A stretch of 64,000 nt of DNA from an uncultured Candidatus Rokubacteria bacterium (GTDB taxonomy: Bacteria > Methylomirabilota > Methylomirabilia > Rokubacteriales > CSP1-6): contig CAVXJS010000017.1 in NCBI GenBank assembly GCA_963762145.1, positions 52,741-116,740 of the forward strand, given 5' to 3'. The position numbers and the translations under genes were made by a program. The notes beneath the pieces were generated by a model. That model was not told the DNA's origin. It searched no databases and saw only the letters and a list, made by a program, of their open reading frames with translations. Below are positions 7,928-17,853 of the stretch, piece by piece (positions within the stretch are counted from its first letter, which is position 1; each line of letters starts with the position of its first letter).

Positions 7928-9196
7928 GTGACCGCGGACGCGGGGGAGCTCTCGGGGGTCCGGGCGCTGATCGTGGATGACAACGAGATCAACCGACAGG
8001 TGCTGCGTGAGCGGCTCGCGAGCTGGCGGATGCGAGCCGACGACGTGGCGTCTGCCACGGCGGCCCTGGCCGCGCTGCGGGCTGCGGCGGCGGCCGGTGA
8101 TCCCTTCGGCATGGTGCTCACGGACTTCGAGATGCCGGACGGAGACGGGGAGACGCTCGCCCGAGCGGTGCGCAGTGATCCGGTGTTGCGCGGGGTACCG
8201 ATGGTGCTGCTGACGTCGGTGGATCAGCCGGAAGGGACCGAGCACGTCCGGGCTGCCGGCTTCGGCGCCTACCTGGTCAAACCGGTCCGCGCCTCGCTCC
8301 TCATGGATGCGATGCTGACGGTCTGGAGCGGCCGGCTGGAGAGCGAGGCCCGGGAGATGGTGACCCAGGCGACGCTGACGGGGCGTCGGAGCGAGCGGGC
8401 ACCGGTCGAGACCGGGCCCGCCACCGCGCTCCACGTCCGGGTCCTGCTTGTCGAGGACAACGCAGTCAACCAGCAGGTCGCGACCGCGATGCTGGAGCAG
8501 CTCGGGGCCCGCATGGACGTCGCCGCCGATGGGAAGGAGGCGCTCGAGCAGGTGGCGCTCCTGCCGTACGACCTCATCTTCATGGACTGCGAGATGCCCG
8601 AGGTGGACGGGTACGCGGCGACCGCCGAGATCAGACGCCGAGAAGGCGGGGGCCGACGGATCCCGATCGTGGCGATGACCGCTCACGCCATGGAGGGGGA
8701 CCGGGAACGGTGCCTGGAAGCCGGGATGGATGACTACATCTCCAAGCCGGTGAGCCCCGCGGCCATCGCGGCCGCGGTCCGCCGGTGGGTGCGCGCGTCC
8801 GGCGCCGGCCGGGAGGCGGGGCCCGCCGGCACACCGCCCGCGGCCCTGGATGCTGCCCGGATCGCCCAGCTTCGGGCCACCCTTGGACGGGGGAACGAGG
8901 CCCCGTTCCGGCGGCTCGTCGAGACGTTCCTCGGTGACACGGGTGCTCGCCTCGGGGAGCTCCGGCAGTGCCTGAATCGCAAGGACGCGGCCATGGTGCG
9001 TCGGCTCGCGCACACGCTGCGAGGGAGCTGCCTGAGCCTCGGCGCGCTGCGCATGACCGAAGTGGCGAGCGCGCTGGAGCGCGCGTCTGCGCAAGGGGAT
9101 GGCGCGACGGCTGCCCTGATCGACCAGCTCGAAGCAGAGTTCCGACGGGCCGAGTCGGCGCTCTCTACCCTCCTCGAAGGGGGCCAGAAGTCGTGA
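7928..9196 (+). CDS. REC-REC-HPt protein (C-terminal half of a hybrid histidine kinase)
   Basis: ALIVDDN..TDFEMP..YLVKP; VLLVEDN..MDCEMP..YISKP; AHTLRGS HPt motif. No HisKA/HATPase domain; start uncertain. Confidence 0.88.
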   Translation: MTADAGELSGVRALIVDDNEINRQVLRERLASWRMRADDVASATAALAALRAAAAAGDPFGMVLTDFEMPDGDGETLARAVRSDPVLRGVPMVLLTSVDQPEGTEHVRAAGFGAYLVKPVRASLLMDAMLTVWSGRLESEAREMVTQATLTGRRSERAPVETGPATALHVRVLLVEDNAVNQQVATAMLEQLGARMDVAADGKEALEQVALLPYDLIFMDCEMPEVDGYAATAEIRRREGGGRRIPIVAMTAHAMEGDRERCLEAGMDDYISKPVSPAAIAAAVRRWVRASGAGREAGPAGTPPAALDAARIAQLRATLGRGNEAPFRRLVETFLGDTGARLGELRQCLNRKDAAMVRRLAHTLRGSCLSLGALRMTEVASALERASAQGDGATAALIDQLEAEFRRAESALSTLLEGGQKS

Positions 9197-9774
9197 AGAT
9201 CCTCCTGGTCGACGACGATTCCGCCGCCCGCATGGCTCTGGGTGATCTGCTGGAGCATGGCGGACACGAGGTCGTGACGACGACGGGAGGCCAGGCCGCC
9301 TGGGCGGCTGTTCAGGACGAGTACTTCCCGCTGGTGCTCCTCGACCGCATGATGCCCGACCTCGACGGGATCGAGCTGTGTCGCCGGATCCGGGCCCGGC
9401 GCCAAACCAGGTACACCTACGTGATTCTCGTGACCATGGTCGGCGGCAAGGAGCCGTACCTGGAGGGGATGAACGCGGGAGCCGACGACTATTTCAGCAA
9501 ACCCTTCGATCCCGACGAGCTGCGGGCGCGTCTCCGGGTGGCCGAGCGGGTGCTGAATCTACAGGACGAGATCGCGCATCTCCGCGGGCTCCTGCCCATG
9601 TGCGCTTACTGCAAGTCCATCCGCGACGAGCACGACGCCTGGATACCGGTCGAGCGGTACATCCAGGAGCGCACGCCCGCCTTGTTGAGCCACGGCATCT
9701 GCCCACACTGCTACACCTCGGAAGTCAGGCCGGAGATCGCGCGTCACCGCGCGGCTCGCAGGACCCACGGCTGA
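9193..9774 (+). CDS. Response regulator with C-terminal 4-Cys domain
   Basis: ILLVDDD..LDRMMP..DYFSKP then LPMCAYCKSIRD...SHGICPHC; GTGA overlap with upstream gene. Confidence 0.9.
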   Translation: MKILLVDDDSAARMALGDLLEHGGHEVVTTTGGQAAWAAVQDEYFPLVLLDRMMPDLDGIELCRRIRARRQTRYTYVILVTMVGGKEPYLEGMNAGADDYFSKPFDPDELRARLRVAERVLNLQDEIAHLRGLLPMCAYCKSIRDEHDAWIPVERYIQERTPALLSHGICPHCYTSEVRPEIARHRAARRTHG

Positions 9775-9786
9775 GGTCAGACCCGT

Positions 9787-10680
9787 CTATCGCTTCTCGA
9801 TGGTGCGGATCACCGCCGTGTAGTACGCCTCGCTCCATCCCGCGTCGGCGGTGGCCTCGAGCAGCCGCCGCGTCGTGCCCGCCTGCTCGAGCGTGACACC
9901 CGCAGACTCGGCCAGCTGGATGGCGTACGAGAGGTCCTTCAGGATGTACCGGGTGGGGAAGGCGCCCTCGGTCGGGTGATGGTCGGGTAGCAGCGACCTC
10001 ATGCCGTGGTTGCGGAGGACGAAGCTGTCGGCGGATCCCTTGGCGAGCGTCTCGAAGAGGACGCGCGGCTCCACCACGCCGGAGGCGCGGGCCACCGCGA
10101 GGGCCTCGGCGAGGGCGACCACGGTCTGGGCGACCACCATGTTGTTCATGAGCTTCACCGCCTGGCCCGCGCCCACCCCTCCGCAGTGAGTCACTTCGGA
10201 GCCCATGCACGCCAGGAGCGGGCGGAGCCGCGCAAAGAGCGCCGGCTCCCCGCCCACCATGATGCTGAGCGTGCCGTCGCGGGCGGCCTGGGCGGTGCGC
10301 GCGATCGGCGCGTCGGCGAAGGCGGCGCCGCGCCCGCCGAAGGCCTGCTGGAGCTCCCGCGCGAGGGCCACCGGGCAGGTGCTCATGTCGACTACCGTCT
10401 GCCCCGGCTTCACGAGGGCCGCGAGGCCATCGCCGGCGCCGAGGCAGACCGCGCGCACCTGAGGCTCTCCCGGTAGGCACAGGAACACGATCTCCGCGCG
10501 GCGCGCCACCTCGGCCACCGAGGCCGCGGCCTGCACGCCGTCGGCTGCGAGGGCAGCGAGCGGCGCCGGCCGCTCGTCGAAGGCCACCACCGTGGCCCCG
10601 GATTTTTTCGCCAGGTTTCGACACATCGCCTCGCCCATGACGCCGAGCCCGACGAATCCGAGCACTCCTGCTGTCGCCAT
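9787..10680 (-). CDS. NAD(P)-dependent beta-hydroxyacid dehydrogenase (3-hydroxyisobutyrate dehydrogenase family)
   Basis: GFVGLGVMG, VDMST, DAP, GAGQAVKLMNN, KDL. Confidence 0.92.
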   Translation of the reverse strand: MATAGVLGFVGLGVMGEAMCRNLAKKSGATVVAFDERPAPLAALAADGVQAAASVAEVARRAEIVFLCLPGEPQVRAVCLGAGDGLAALVKPGQTVVDMSTCPVALARELQQAFGGRGAAFADAPIARTAQAARDGTLSIMVGGEPALFARLRPLLACMGSEVTHCGGVGAGQAVKLMNNMVVAQTVVALAEALAVARASGVVEPRVLFETLAKGSADSFVLRNHGMRSLLPDHHPTEGAFPTRYILKDLSYAIQLAESAGVTLEQAGTTRRLLEATADAGWSEAYYTAVIRTIEKR

Positions 10681-10810
10681 GCCTGCCTCCCTTCGCCCTT
10701 GAACGGGCGTGCCGGCCCGATAGTAACTGGGTGGGGTGCAGATTGACAGGCGCGCGCGGCGCTGAGAGGATCGCTCGCCGACCGAGCATGGCAACGTCGG
10801 AGCGACACCC

Positions 10811-12835
10811 GTGACGAGCCCATCCGTGACCACGTCCCCCGCGCCGGAGCCGAGCGCGCCCCTGGCGAGCCGGCTCCGCTGGCTGCTCGGCGCCGGGGTC
10901 GGGGCCTGGGCGACCCTGTGTGGGTTCGCCGCCTTCGTTCTCATCCAGGGCAAGCTGGAACTCTCCGGGCCGCCCGTCGAAGGTCGCGGTGCGAGCTCCC
11001 CCGTCTTCGAGTTCGTGCTGGGCATCGCGGCGGCCGCGCTCGTCTCGTTCGTCGCCGAATCGCTCCACGAGCGCATCAAGGAGGGCCCACGAGCCGCCAC
11101 CGTCACCTTTCCGCGCGTGCTCGTGCTGATGCTCCTCCTCGCCGTCTTCGAGGTGTTCGCCTCCGCCGGCCACGAGATGGTCGACCACCTGGTCAAGACG
11201 CCCCTCGCCACGATCGCCGCCGACGTCCGGACTGCAGTGGCTCCTGCCACTCCGGCGGCCACGGCAGTGTCGCCCGCGCGGCCGCCGCGTCCCGTCGATC
11301 CGTTCGCCGAGGTGGTCCTCCTCGTGGGGCTCTGGGCGTCGGTCTCGGCCGTGCTCGGCCTGCGGCTGATGGGCCTGGTCCGGGATCTGCCGGCAAACTT
11401 TCGGTCGGTCGGGCGGGGCGCCCTTGAAGGGCTCTTGGCCGGCTTCCTCGTGGCGCCCTTGATCGTGGTGGGCGTCTTCCTCGCCGTGCGGCTCGGGGTC
11501 CACGTCACGACTGATCCGAAGGACGGCGGGGCCGGGATCCTCGCCACGCTCGTGCTCATGGCCGGGCTGGCCGTGGCGGGATGGGCATGGGGGCGCTCAC
11601 ACCGCCGCCTCGCGGCGGTCATCCTCGTCGCGGTGATTGCCTACGTGGTCCGGGCCCTCGATCAGGACCTGGCGCGGCTGGGCACGGTAGCGGTCCTGGC
11701 CGCGCTCGTCTGGGGCGTCCCCGCCACGGTGCTCGGCGCGCTCGCGCCGCTCCTGCGGACCCGAGCCGAGGAGCCCCGGCTCTGGGGCGGTCTCGCTGCC
11801 GGCACTGCCCTGCTCCTGATGCTCTTGACGGTGTGGCGGCTGAAGAATCCGGTTTTCTACGCGGTGGCGGTCGGGATCGCGCTCATCGCGGCCGTCTTCT
11901 TCTTCTGGAGAGGGTCGCCGGCGCGCCTCCGCTTCTATTGGCCCCTGCTGGCGATCGCGATGGCCGCGATGGTCTCGACCTTGACCTTCGTCGTCCAGTA
12001 CGCGACCTTCATGGGCGTCCTGGCGCAGTTCCATGCCCTCAACGCGGTGCCCGTCTTCCGGCCGAGCCCCATCGACCGGCTCCAGGCCGCGCTGGGAGAG
12101 TTCGCGCAAGGTCCAGACTACGAGAACAAGAAGATCCAGGAGCTGGTCCGACGGGCGCGAGATTTCTCACGGATGCCCCGCGACCGCCAGCTTGTCCAGC
12201 TGCCCGTTATCCAGGCCACCATCAAGGAAGTAGACCAGTCCCTGCGGGATGAGACCGCCGCCTACTACAAGGCCGGGCGAATGAAAGGCGTCATCACGCG
12301 AGATGAGGTGGAGGATCTCTACGGGGCGCTGGCCGCCGCCGTCAACGCCAAGGTCGGTCCGGAACGCGTGGGCCGGCTCGAGCTCTTGCTTGCGAAGGCC
12401 ACCGAGCTGCTCGAGACGGAGCGAGCCCGGCTGGCCAGAGCACCTGTTTCCCCCCTTCGCGAGCGAGCTCGTGCCGCCGGAGTCGTGCTACCTGATCCAC
12501 TCGAGCCGTTCGAGCACCTGCGGAGCGACGTCGAGCGGGAGGTCCGGGTCGCTCGCGGAGAGGCTGCGCCCGTCGCCCCCGTCAAGGTGGATCGCCGGGA
12601 CATCGGGATCCGCGTGGTGATTCCCATGGCGGCCCCGCTGACCGACCTGGGCGCCGCTCGTGAGCAGCTCGCCAAGGTGAGCGCGGAGGCGGAGGCGCTG
12701 CAACTCTGGCTCACCGGCCCCACCGCGCGCGCCCTCGAGCTCACGCTGGTGGGATCCTTTGGCTTCTGGATGACGGTCGGGCTGCTCGCCGCGTGGAACA
12801 TGGCGTTTCCGCTGGCTGACGCTGCTGAGGAGTGA
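10811..12835 (+). CDS. Large polytopic membrane protein of unknown function
   Basis: More than 10 hydrophobic segments, a ~230-aa charged helical region, then a final TM helix; GC3 bias; TTGACA at 10743. Confidence 0.75.
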   Translation: MTSPSVTTSPAPEPSAPLASRLRWLLGAGVGAWATLCGFAAFVLIQGKLELSGPPVEGRGASSPVFEFVLGIAAAALVSFVAESLHERIKEGPRAATVTFPRVLVLMLLLAVFEVFASAGHEMVDHLVKTPLATIAADVRTAVAPATPAATAVSPARPPRPVDPFAEVVLLVGLWASVSAVLGLRLMGLVRDLPANFRSVGRGALEGLLAGFLVAPLIVVGVFLAVRLGVHVTTDPKDGGAGILATLVLMAGLAVAGWAWGRSHRRLAAVILVAVIAYVVRALDQDLARLGTVAVLAALVWGVPATVLGALAPLLRTRAEEPRLWGGLAAGTALLLMLLTVWRLKNPVFYAVAVGIALIAAVFFFWRGSPARLRFYWPLLAIAMAAMVSTLTFVVQYATFMGVLAQFHALNAVPVFRPSPIDRLQAALGEFAQGPDYENKKIQELVRRARDFSRMPRDRQLVQLPVIQATIKEVDQSLRDETAAYYKAGRMKGVITRDEVEDLYGALAAAVNAKVGPERVGRLELLLAKATELLETERARLARAPVSPLRERARAAGVVLPDPLEPFEHLRSDVEREVRVARGEAAPVAPVKVDRRDIGIRVVIPMAAPLTDLGAAREQLAKVSAEAEALQLWLTGPTARALELTLVGSFGFWMTVGLLAAWNMAFPLADAAEE

Positions 12836-12839
12836 ACAG

Positions 12840-12874
12840 CCCCTCACCCTGCCCTCTCCCCGGAGGGGAGAGGG
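12840..12874 (+). repeat. REP-like intergenic palindromic element (CCCTCACCC..CCCTCTCCC..GGGAGAGGG type)
   Basis: CCCCTCACCCTG followed by perfect 10-bp stem CCCTCTCCCC-GGA-GGGGAGAGGG (12852-12874). Confidence 0.7.
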
Positions 12875-12916
12875 TGGGGAGGTCGCGGATCTGGGGGGAG
12901 TGCGCTAGCATGCGGC

Positions 12917-14182
12917 ATGCTTCTGCGGCTCCTGCTGGTCCTTGGGCTCGCGGCCATCACGGCTGGGACTGGCGCCGCGGCGGACCCGTCGGCGGTGACG
13001 TTCAGCCAGCACGTCGCGCCGCTGCTGCAGCAGCACTGCCAGGAATGCCACCGGCCCGGGGGCGGGGCCCCGTTCACGCTGGCCGAGTACCCGCACGTCT
13101 ACCAGCGGCGCCACAAGATTCTCGAATCGGTCGAGAAGCGGCGCATGCCGCCGTGGAAGGCGGTCTCCGGCTACGGGGATCTCGCGGGCGAGCGCCGGAT
13201 GTCGCCCGACGAGATGGCCACGATCGCGCGCTGGGTCGCCAGCGGCGCCCCCGAAGGTGATCCGCGCGACCTGCCGCCGGCGCGCGAGTTCAGGGCCCCG
13301 AGCGCGCTGGACGCGGCCGATCTCGTGCTGCGACCGGACCAGAGCTTCACGGTGGCGGGGCGCGGCGGCGACATCTACCGGTGTTTCAGCATCCCGACCT
13401 CGTTCCCGGAGGACCGCTACTTCACCACCGCGGTGGTCGTGCCGGGCAATCCCCGGATCGTCCATCACATGCTGGCGATGGTGGATTCCACCGGGGCGTC
13501 GACGCGGATGACGTCGGGCGGGATGGGGTCCGACGGTGCGTACGGCTATCCGTGCTTCGGAGGGCCGGGGTTCCGGATCGACGGCTACCTCGGCGGCTGG
13601 GCGCCGGGGGCCCGCGCGTGGGATCTGCCGGAAGGCGTCGGCATGCTCCTGCCGAAGGGCGCGCGGGTCGTGTTCCAGCTCCACTACCACAACGCGCAGC
13701 TCGCGGCGCAGACGGATCTGACCGAGCTCCGGCTGAAGGCGGCGAAGGGCCCGGTGCACCGGCGCCTGCAGTTCATGCGGGTCGGCCGATTCAACCTGAC
13801 GATCCCGGCCGGCCAGCCACGCTACCAGATCGAGGCGGGAACCCTCGTGACCCGGCCGATGCAGCTGATCGCCATCCACCCGCACATGCACATGCTCGGG
13901 CGTGAGATGAAGGTCTGGGCGGAGACGAAGGACAAGTCCGTCACCCCGCTGATCCACATCCCCGACTGGGATTTCCACTGGCAGGGCTTCTACTGGTTCC
14001 GCACGCCGGTGGCGCTGCCCGTCACCACCTGGATCGGGCTCACGGCGGCGTGGGACAACTCGGAGGGCAACCCGAGGAATCCGAACAAGCCGCCGCGGGA
14101 CGTGCACTGGGGCGAGCGCAGCGTCGACGAGATGGGGCACGCCGCCATCCTCTACACGTACGACGACGAGACGCTGAAGTAA
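12917..14182 (+). CDS. Exported cytochrome c + copper type II (PHM/DBH-like) monooxygenase
   Basis: Signal peptide; CQECH heme motif and MPPW; IVHHM, LHYHN, HPHMH, WDFHWQ and DEM copper-site motifs. Confidence 0.85.
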   Translation: MLLRLLLVLGLAAITAGTGAAADPSAVTFSQHVAPLLQQHCQECHRPGGGAPFTLAEYPHVYQRRHKILESVEKRRMPPWKAVSGYGDLAGERRMSPDEMATIARWVASGAPEGDPRDLPPAREFRAPSALDAADLVLRPDQSFTVAGRGGDIYRCFSIPTSFPEDRYFTTAVVVPGNPRIVHHMLAMVDSTGASTRMTSGGMGSDGAYGYPCFGGPGFRIDGYLGGWAPGARAWDLPEGVGMLLPKGARVVFQLHYHNAQLAAQTDLTELRLKAAKGPVHRRLQFMRVGRFNLTIPAGQPRYQIEAGTLVTRPMQLIAIHPHMHMLGREMKVWAETKDKSVTPLIHIPDWDFHWQGFYWFRTPVALPVTTWIGLTAAWDNSEGNPRNPNKPPRDVHWGERSVDEMGHAAILYTYDDETLK

Positions 14183-14191
14183 GGCGCCGGC

Positions 14192-15166
14192 GTGCGCGTC
14201 GGAGCGTTGGTCCTTGCCCTCCATCTGGTTGTTGCATCCTCCTCCGCCGTCGCGCAGCCGACCGGGAAGGTGCACCGGATCGGCCTGCTCAGGCACTTTG
14301 AGTGTCCGGATCCGTTCGGTCTGAAGGATCTGCGCGAGCGGCTGGGCGAGCTGGGCTACATCGAGGGCCGGAACATCGTCATCGAGTGCCGAGCCGCGCC
14401 CGGGAAGTGGGAGGAGCTCCCGGAGCTCGCGGCGGAGCTGGTGCGTCTCAACGTCGAGGTTCTGGTCACGGAAGGGACGCCGGCGAGCCTGGCTGCCAAG
14501 CAGGCGACGCGGCTGCTCCCGGTCATCATGGTGTACGTCGGCGATCCGGTGGCGAGCGGGCTCGTCAGCAGCCTGGGGCGGCCGGGCGGAAACGTCACCG
14601 GGGTGTCGATGAACGCCAACGAGATCGTCCGCAAGGACGTCGAGCTGCTCAAGGAGATCGCTCCCGGGCTCTCGCGCGTCGCGGTCTGGATGGATTCGAC
14701 GAATCCCAGCCACTTGCCGGCATTTGCCGCAATGGAAGCCACGGCTGACCGGTTGAAGGTCAGGCTGCAGCGGGTCGACGTTCGAACGGCGGCGGATCTC
14801 GACGGCGGCTTCGCGGCCACGCTGAGCCACCGGGCCGAGGCGATCGCGGTCTATCCGCTGAGCGTCACCCCGGTCGACATCAAGAGGATCGCCGATTTCG
14901 CGGTCAAGAACCGGCTGCCGACCGTGACGAACACCGCCGAGTACATCAAGGTGGGGCTCCTGGCCGGCTACGGGCCGAACGTCCCGGACCAGTATCAGCG
15001 CGCGGCGGCCTACATCGAGCGGGTCCTGAAAGGGGCCCAGCCGGCCGATTTGCCCGTCGAGCAGCCTACGAAGCTCGACCTCGTCATCAACGGCCGGACC
15101 GCGAAAGCGCTCGGGGTCACGCTGCCGCCGTCGATACGGTTACGCGCCGTGGAGGTCATCGAGTAG
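14192..15166 (+). CDS. Orphan ABC transporter substrate-binding protein (ABC_sub_bind family)
   Basis: LGYIEGRNIVIE, DPVASGLVSSLGRPGGNVTG, PADLPVEQPTK.DLVIN..TAKALG. Confidence 0.93.
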   Translation: MRVGALVLALHLVVASSSAVAQPTGKVHRIGLLRHFECPDPFGLKDLRERLGELGYIEGRNIVIECRAAPGKWEELPELAAELVRLNVEVLVTEGTPASLAAKQATRLLPVIMVYVGDPVASGLVSSLGRPGGNVTGVSMNANEIVRKDVELLKEIAPGLSRVAVWMDSTNPSHLPAFAAMEATADRLKVRLQRVDVRTAADLDGGFAATLSHRAEAIAVYPLSVTPVDIKRIADFAVKNRLPTVTNTAEYIKVGLLAGYGPNVPDQYQRAAAYIERVLKGAQPADLPVEQPTKLDLVINGRTAKALGVTLPPSIRLRAVEVIE

Positions 15167-15803
15167 GCGTCGAGGACGCCGGCTGGAGCCTCGCCGCGCC
15201 GCCTGGGGCGAGCGGCCACACGTAGCGGTCCCACGTGAGGCCGACCACGTCCATCTGGCCCTCCGCTCGCGCCCCCGAGCGTTCCGCGACGCGCCGTGAC
15301 CGGGCGTTCTGCGGAAGAATGGCCGAGATCGCGTAGGACAGCCGCAGAACGTCCCGCACGTAGTCGCGCACGCAACGCGCCGCTTCGGTCGCGAGACCGT
15401 GGCCCCAGACCGCGGGGTCGAACGTGTAGCCGAGCTCACACTCGAAGGTCAGCGCGGTGCCCGCGGGCGCCTCTTCGCGCCCGAACCAGCCTCTGCGAAT
15501 CCCGTGCTCGGGTGCCGCGGATTCGACCACGAGGTCCATCAGGCCGCAGCGCCCGATCAATCTGCCGTCGTCCTTGCGGAGGACCGCGAGATAGCCGAGC
15601 GCGAGCCGCTCATAGCTCGCGAGCGTGTACTGCAGCCATGCGGCCGTCTCTTCGGGCGAGCGCGGCCGGCCTCCGGGATAGAGATGCTGCGCGACTTCGG
15701 GTAGTGCGTGGATGCGAGTGAAGAAGGGCAGATCGTCAGGCGTGACGCGGCGAAGCACGAGGCGAGCCGACTCCAGCCGGTCCGTGCCGTGCGCCAGGGT
15801 CAT
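15156..15803 (-). CDS. GNAT N-acetyltransferase (RimJ/RimL-like)
   Basis: LESARLVLRR, IGRCGL, ELGY...WGHGLATEAA, N.RSRRVAER.G. Confidence 0.9.
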   Translation of the reverse strand: MTLAHGTDRLESARLVLRRVTPDDLPFFTRIHALPEVAQHLYPGGRPRSPEETAAWLQYTLASYERLALGYLAVLRKDDGRLIGRCGLMDLVVESAAPEHGIRRGWFGREEAPAGTALTFECELGYTFDPAVWGHGLATEAARCVRDYVRDVLRLSYAISAILPQNARSRRVAERSGARAEGQMDVVGLTWDRYVWPLAPGGAARLQPASSTPTR

Positions 15804-15862
15804 GGTGAGAAGCCGTGGCGGTTCGACATCGGTGGCCTTGGTAGACGGTTGAGAGCCCGCTC

Positions 15863-16897
15863 CTATGGCACCGTACCGGTGAGCTCGATCACTCGCCCGG
15901 TACGGAGGATGACGGCCTTGATCTCCTGGCCCGGTTTGAGCGTGGCCAGATGATCACGGATCTTGACCATGGCGGCGGGGCCCGTCGCGGCCACCCCTGC
16001 GACGGACAGGATGATGTCACCGCCCAGCACGATCTGCTGGCCGTCGATGGTGACGAGGCGGGTGCCGCCGCGCAACCCCGCCTCCTCGCCCGGCGAGCCC
16101 TTGGCCACGCTCTTGACGAGGTAGCCGCTCATGTTGTTGGGGACGTTGAGCAGGTCGGCCAGGTCATCGGTGAGGAACTGCCCTTCCAGACCGCCCCAGA
16201 ACGACTTCTTGGCGAGGAGGAGCTCCTGCGCGGTCTTCATGGTGACGACGAAGCCCAGGCCTTCGCTCCCGCCCGACTTCGAGATGTTGTGGCTGACGAT
16301 GCCGATGACGTCGCCCGCCGCGTTGAACATGGGCCCACCCGAGTTGCCGGTGTTGATGGTGGCGTCGGTCTGGAAGAACTCGGCCATGGGCATGGTCTTG
16401 TACACCGAGTTCGGAGCCCACCGGGCGCTGATGAGGCCCGCGCTCAGCGAGTAGCTGAGGCCGTAGGGGGCCCCCACGATGTAGACCGGGTCGCCCACCC
16501 GGACCGTGTCCGAGTTGGCCATCTTCGCCACCCGGGCCGCCGCGGGCACCCGGTCGATCTGGAGCAGCGAGAGGTCCGCCGCCGGCTCGGAGGCGATCAC
16601 GCGGGCCGGCATCGACTCGCCGCCCAGGAACTCGACCGTGATGTCGTTCATGGAGTGCACCACGTGGGCCGCGGTCATGATCTTGCCGTCCGCCGAGATC
16701 AGCACGCCCGAGCCGGTCTCGTTGAAGCGCGTCTGGCCGCTGGCCGTCACCTCGCTGCCCTTGGCCCGGATCACGACCACCGACGGGGTAACCTTGCGGA
16801 ACACGTCGCCGGGGGTCTGAGCCTCGGCGGCTCCCGGAATCGAGACCGCCGCCGTCACCGCCGTCACCGCCAGCACCATCGCCCACGCTGCTTTCAT
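15863..16897 (-). CDS. HtrA/DegP-like trypsin serine protease with PDZ domain
   Basis: Signal peptide; GSGVLI, TAAHVV, DLSLL, QTDATINTGNSGGP; C-terminal PDZ (GSPGEEAGLRG..GDIIL). Confidence 0.95.
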   Translation of the reverse strand: MKAAWAMVLAVTAVTAAVSIPGAAEAQTPGDVFRKVTPSVVVIRAKGSEVTASGQTRFNETGSGVLISADGKIMTAAHVVHSMNDITVEFLGGESMPARVIASEPAADLSLLQIDRVPAAARVAKMANSDTVRVGDPVYIVGAPYGLSYSLSAGLISARWAPNSVYKTMPMAEFFQTDATINTGNSGGPMFNAAGDVIGIVSHNISKSGGSEGLGFVVTMKTAQELLLAKKSFWGGLEGQFLTDDLADLLNVPNNMSGYLVKSVAKGSPGEEAGLRGGTRLVTIDGQQIVLGGDIILSVAGVAATGPAAMVKIRDHLATLKPGQEIKAVILRTGRVIELTGTVP

Positions 16898-16912
16898 GGC
16901 GGGCCTCCCTTC

Positions 16913-17611
16913 TTACTGAATCCAGCCCTGTTCCTGGAATCGCGGCTTCATCAGTCGGGCGATCTCCTTGGCCGTCGCCGCGGCTCTGCCCTCGATCCCG
17001 CTGCTGCCGCTCATCTCGCCGTGGGCCTTCATCCCGGTGCTCACGAGGAGGCCCGCCGGGTTACCGGTCGCGATGAGGCCGACGACTCCCACCGCCGCGC
17101 CGGGTGTCGTGTTCCCAGCGGCATCCACGGTGCCGGAGCCGAGCTTTCGCAGGCCCTGTGACGTCATCTGGAAGCCTTCGACCGCCGTCCGGAGCTCCGA
17201 CGCCCCGGCCCCGAAGCCGAGCGCCATGCGCCTGGTGGCGCTGCCCTCGTGCACCGAAAGGATGTAGCCCTTGATGATGACGTCGTTCAGCCTCGCCGGC
17301 GTGCCGATCGGGACCTCCGCGCCCGCGAGGCCCATGTCGCGGATCTCGGCGGCCAGGAGGCCGGCCAGGTGGGCGCCCAGCTGGCGGCCCGCCTGGATCT
17401 CCTGGGCGGTCTGTGGGGGGGTACCGGCAGTCTGGCTGGCAAGCTCCGGAGCATCCGCGGGCGTCGCGGCGAAGTTGTACACCAGGATGCGATTGGGCCG
17501 CGGGAGCTTGTCGGTCACGAGGATCCTTTGGTCGGCAACCTCGGTCGAGGCGCACCCCGCCATGAAAGCCAGAGCCAGCAGGCCCGAGACCATACGGCTA
17601 CGAGATCTCAT
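16913..17611 (-). CDS. Lipoprotein, DUF4410-like
   Basis: Lipobox MAG-C; EGSATRRMALGFGAGASE motif; SD GGAGGA. Confidence 0.8.
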   Translation of the reverse strand: MRSRSRMVSGLLALAFMAGCASTEVADQRILVTDKLPRPNRILVYNFAATPADAPELASQTAGTPPQTAQEIQAGRQLGAHLAGLLAAEIRDMGLAGAEVPIGTPARLNDVIIKGYILSVHEGSATRRMALGFGAGASELRTAVEGFQMTSQGLRKLGSGTVDAAGNTTPGAAVGVVGLIATGNPAGLLVSTGMKAHGEMSGSSGIEGRAAATAKEIARLMKPRFQEQGWIQ

Positions 17612-17853
17612 CGCAATCCTCCATGGCAAGACCGGTATGGTGGCGCGCGTTCATGCTGGTGACGGCAGTGTGCCGTCCAGCGCGGAACGGGTCAATAGGA
17701 CGAAGGTGCTATCGGCCGAGCGAGCTCGGCTACTGGGAGGACGGGACCAACGTCCCATAGACCCGGGGGCCCGGGTATGACGACCATGCAGCCAGGAGCC
17801 CCAGGAAGCCGATGACTCCCGGCGGGCCGAAACGTAGCGCTACCGCGAGTAGC

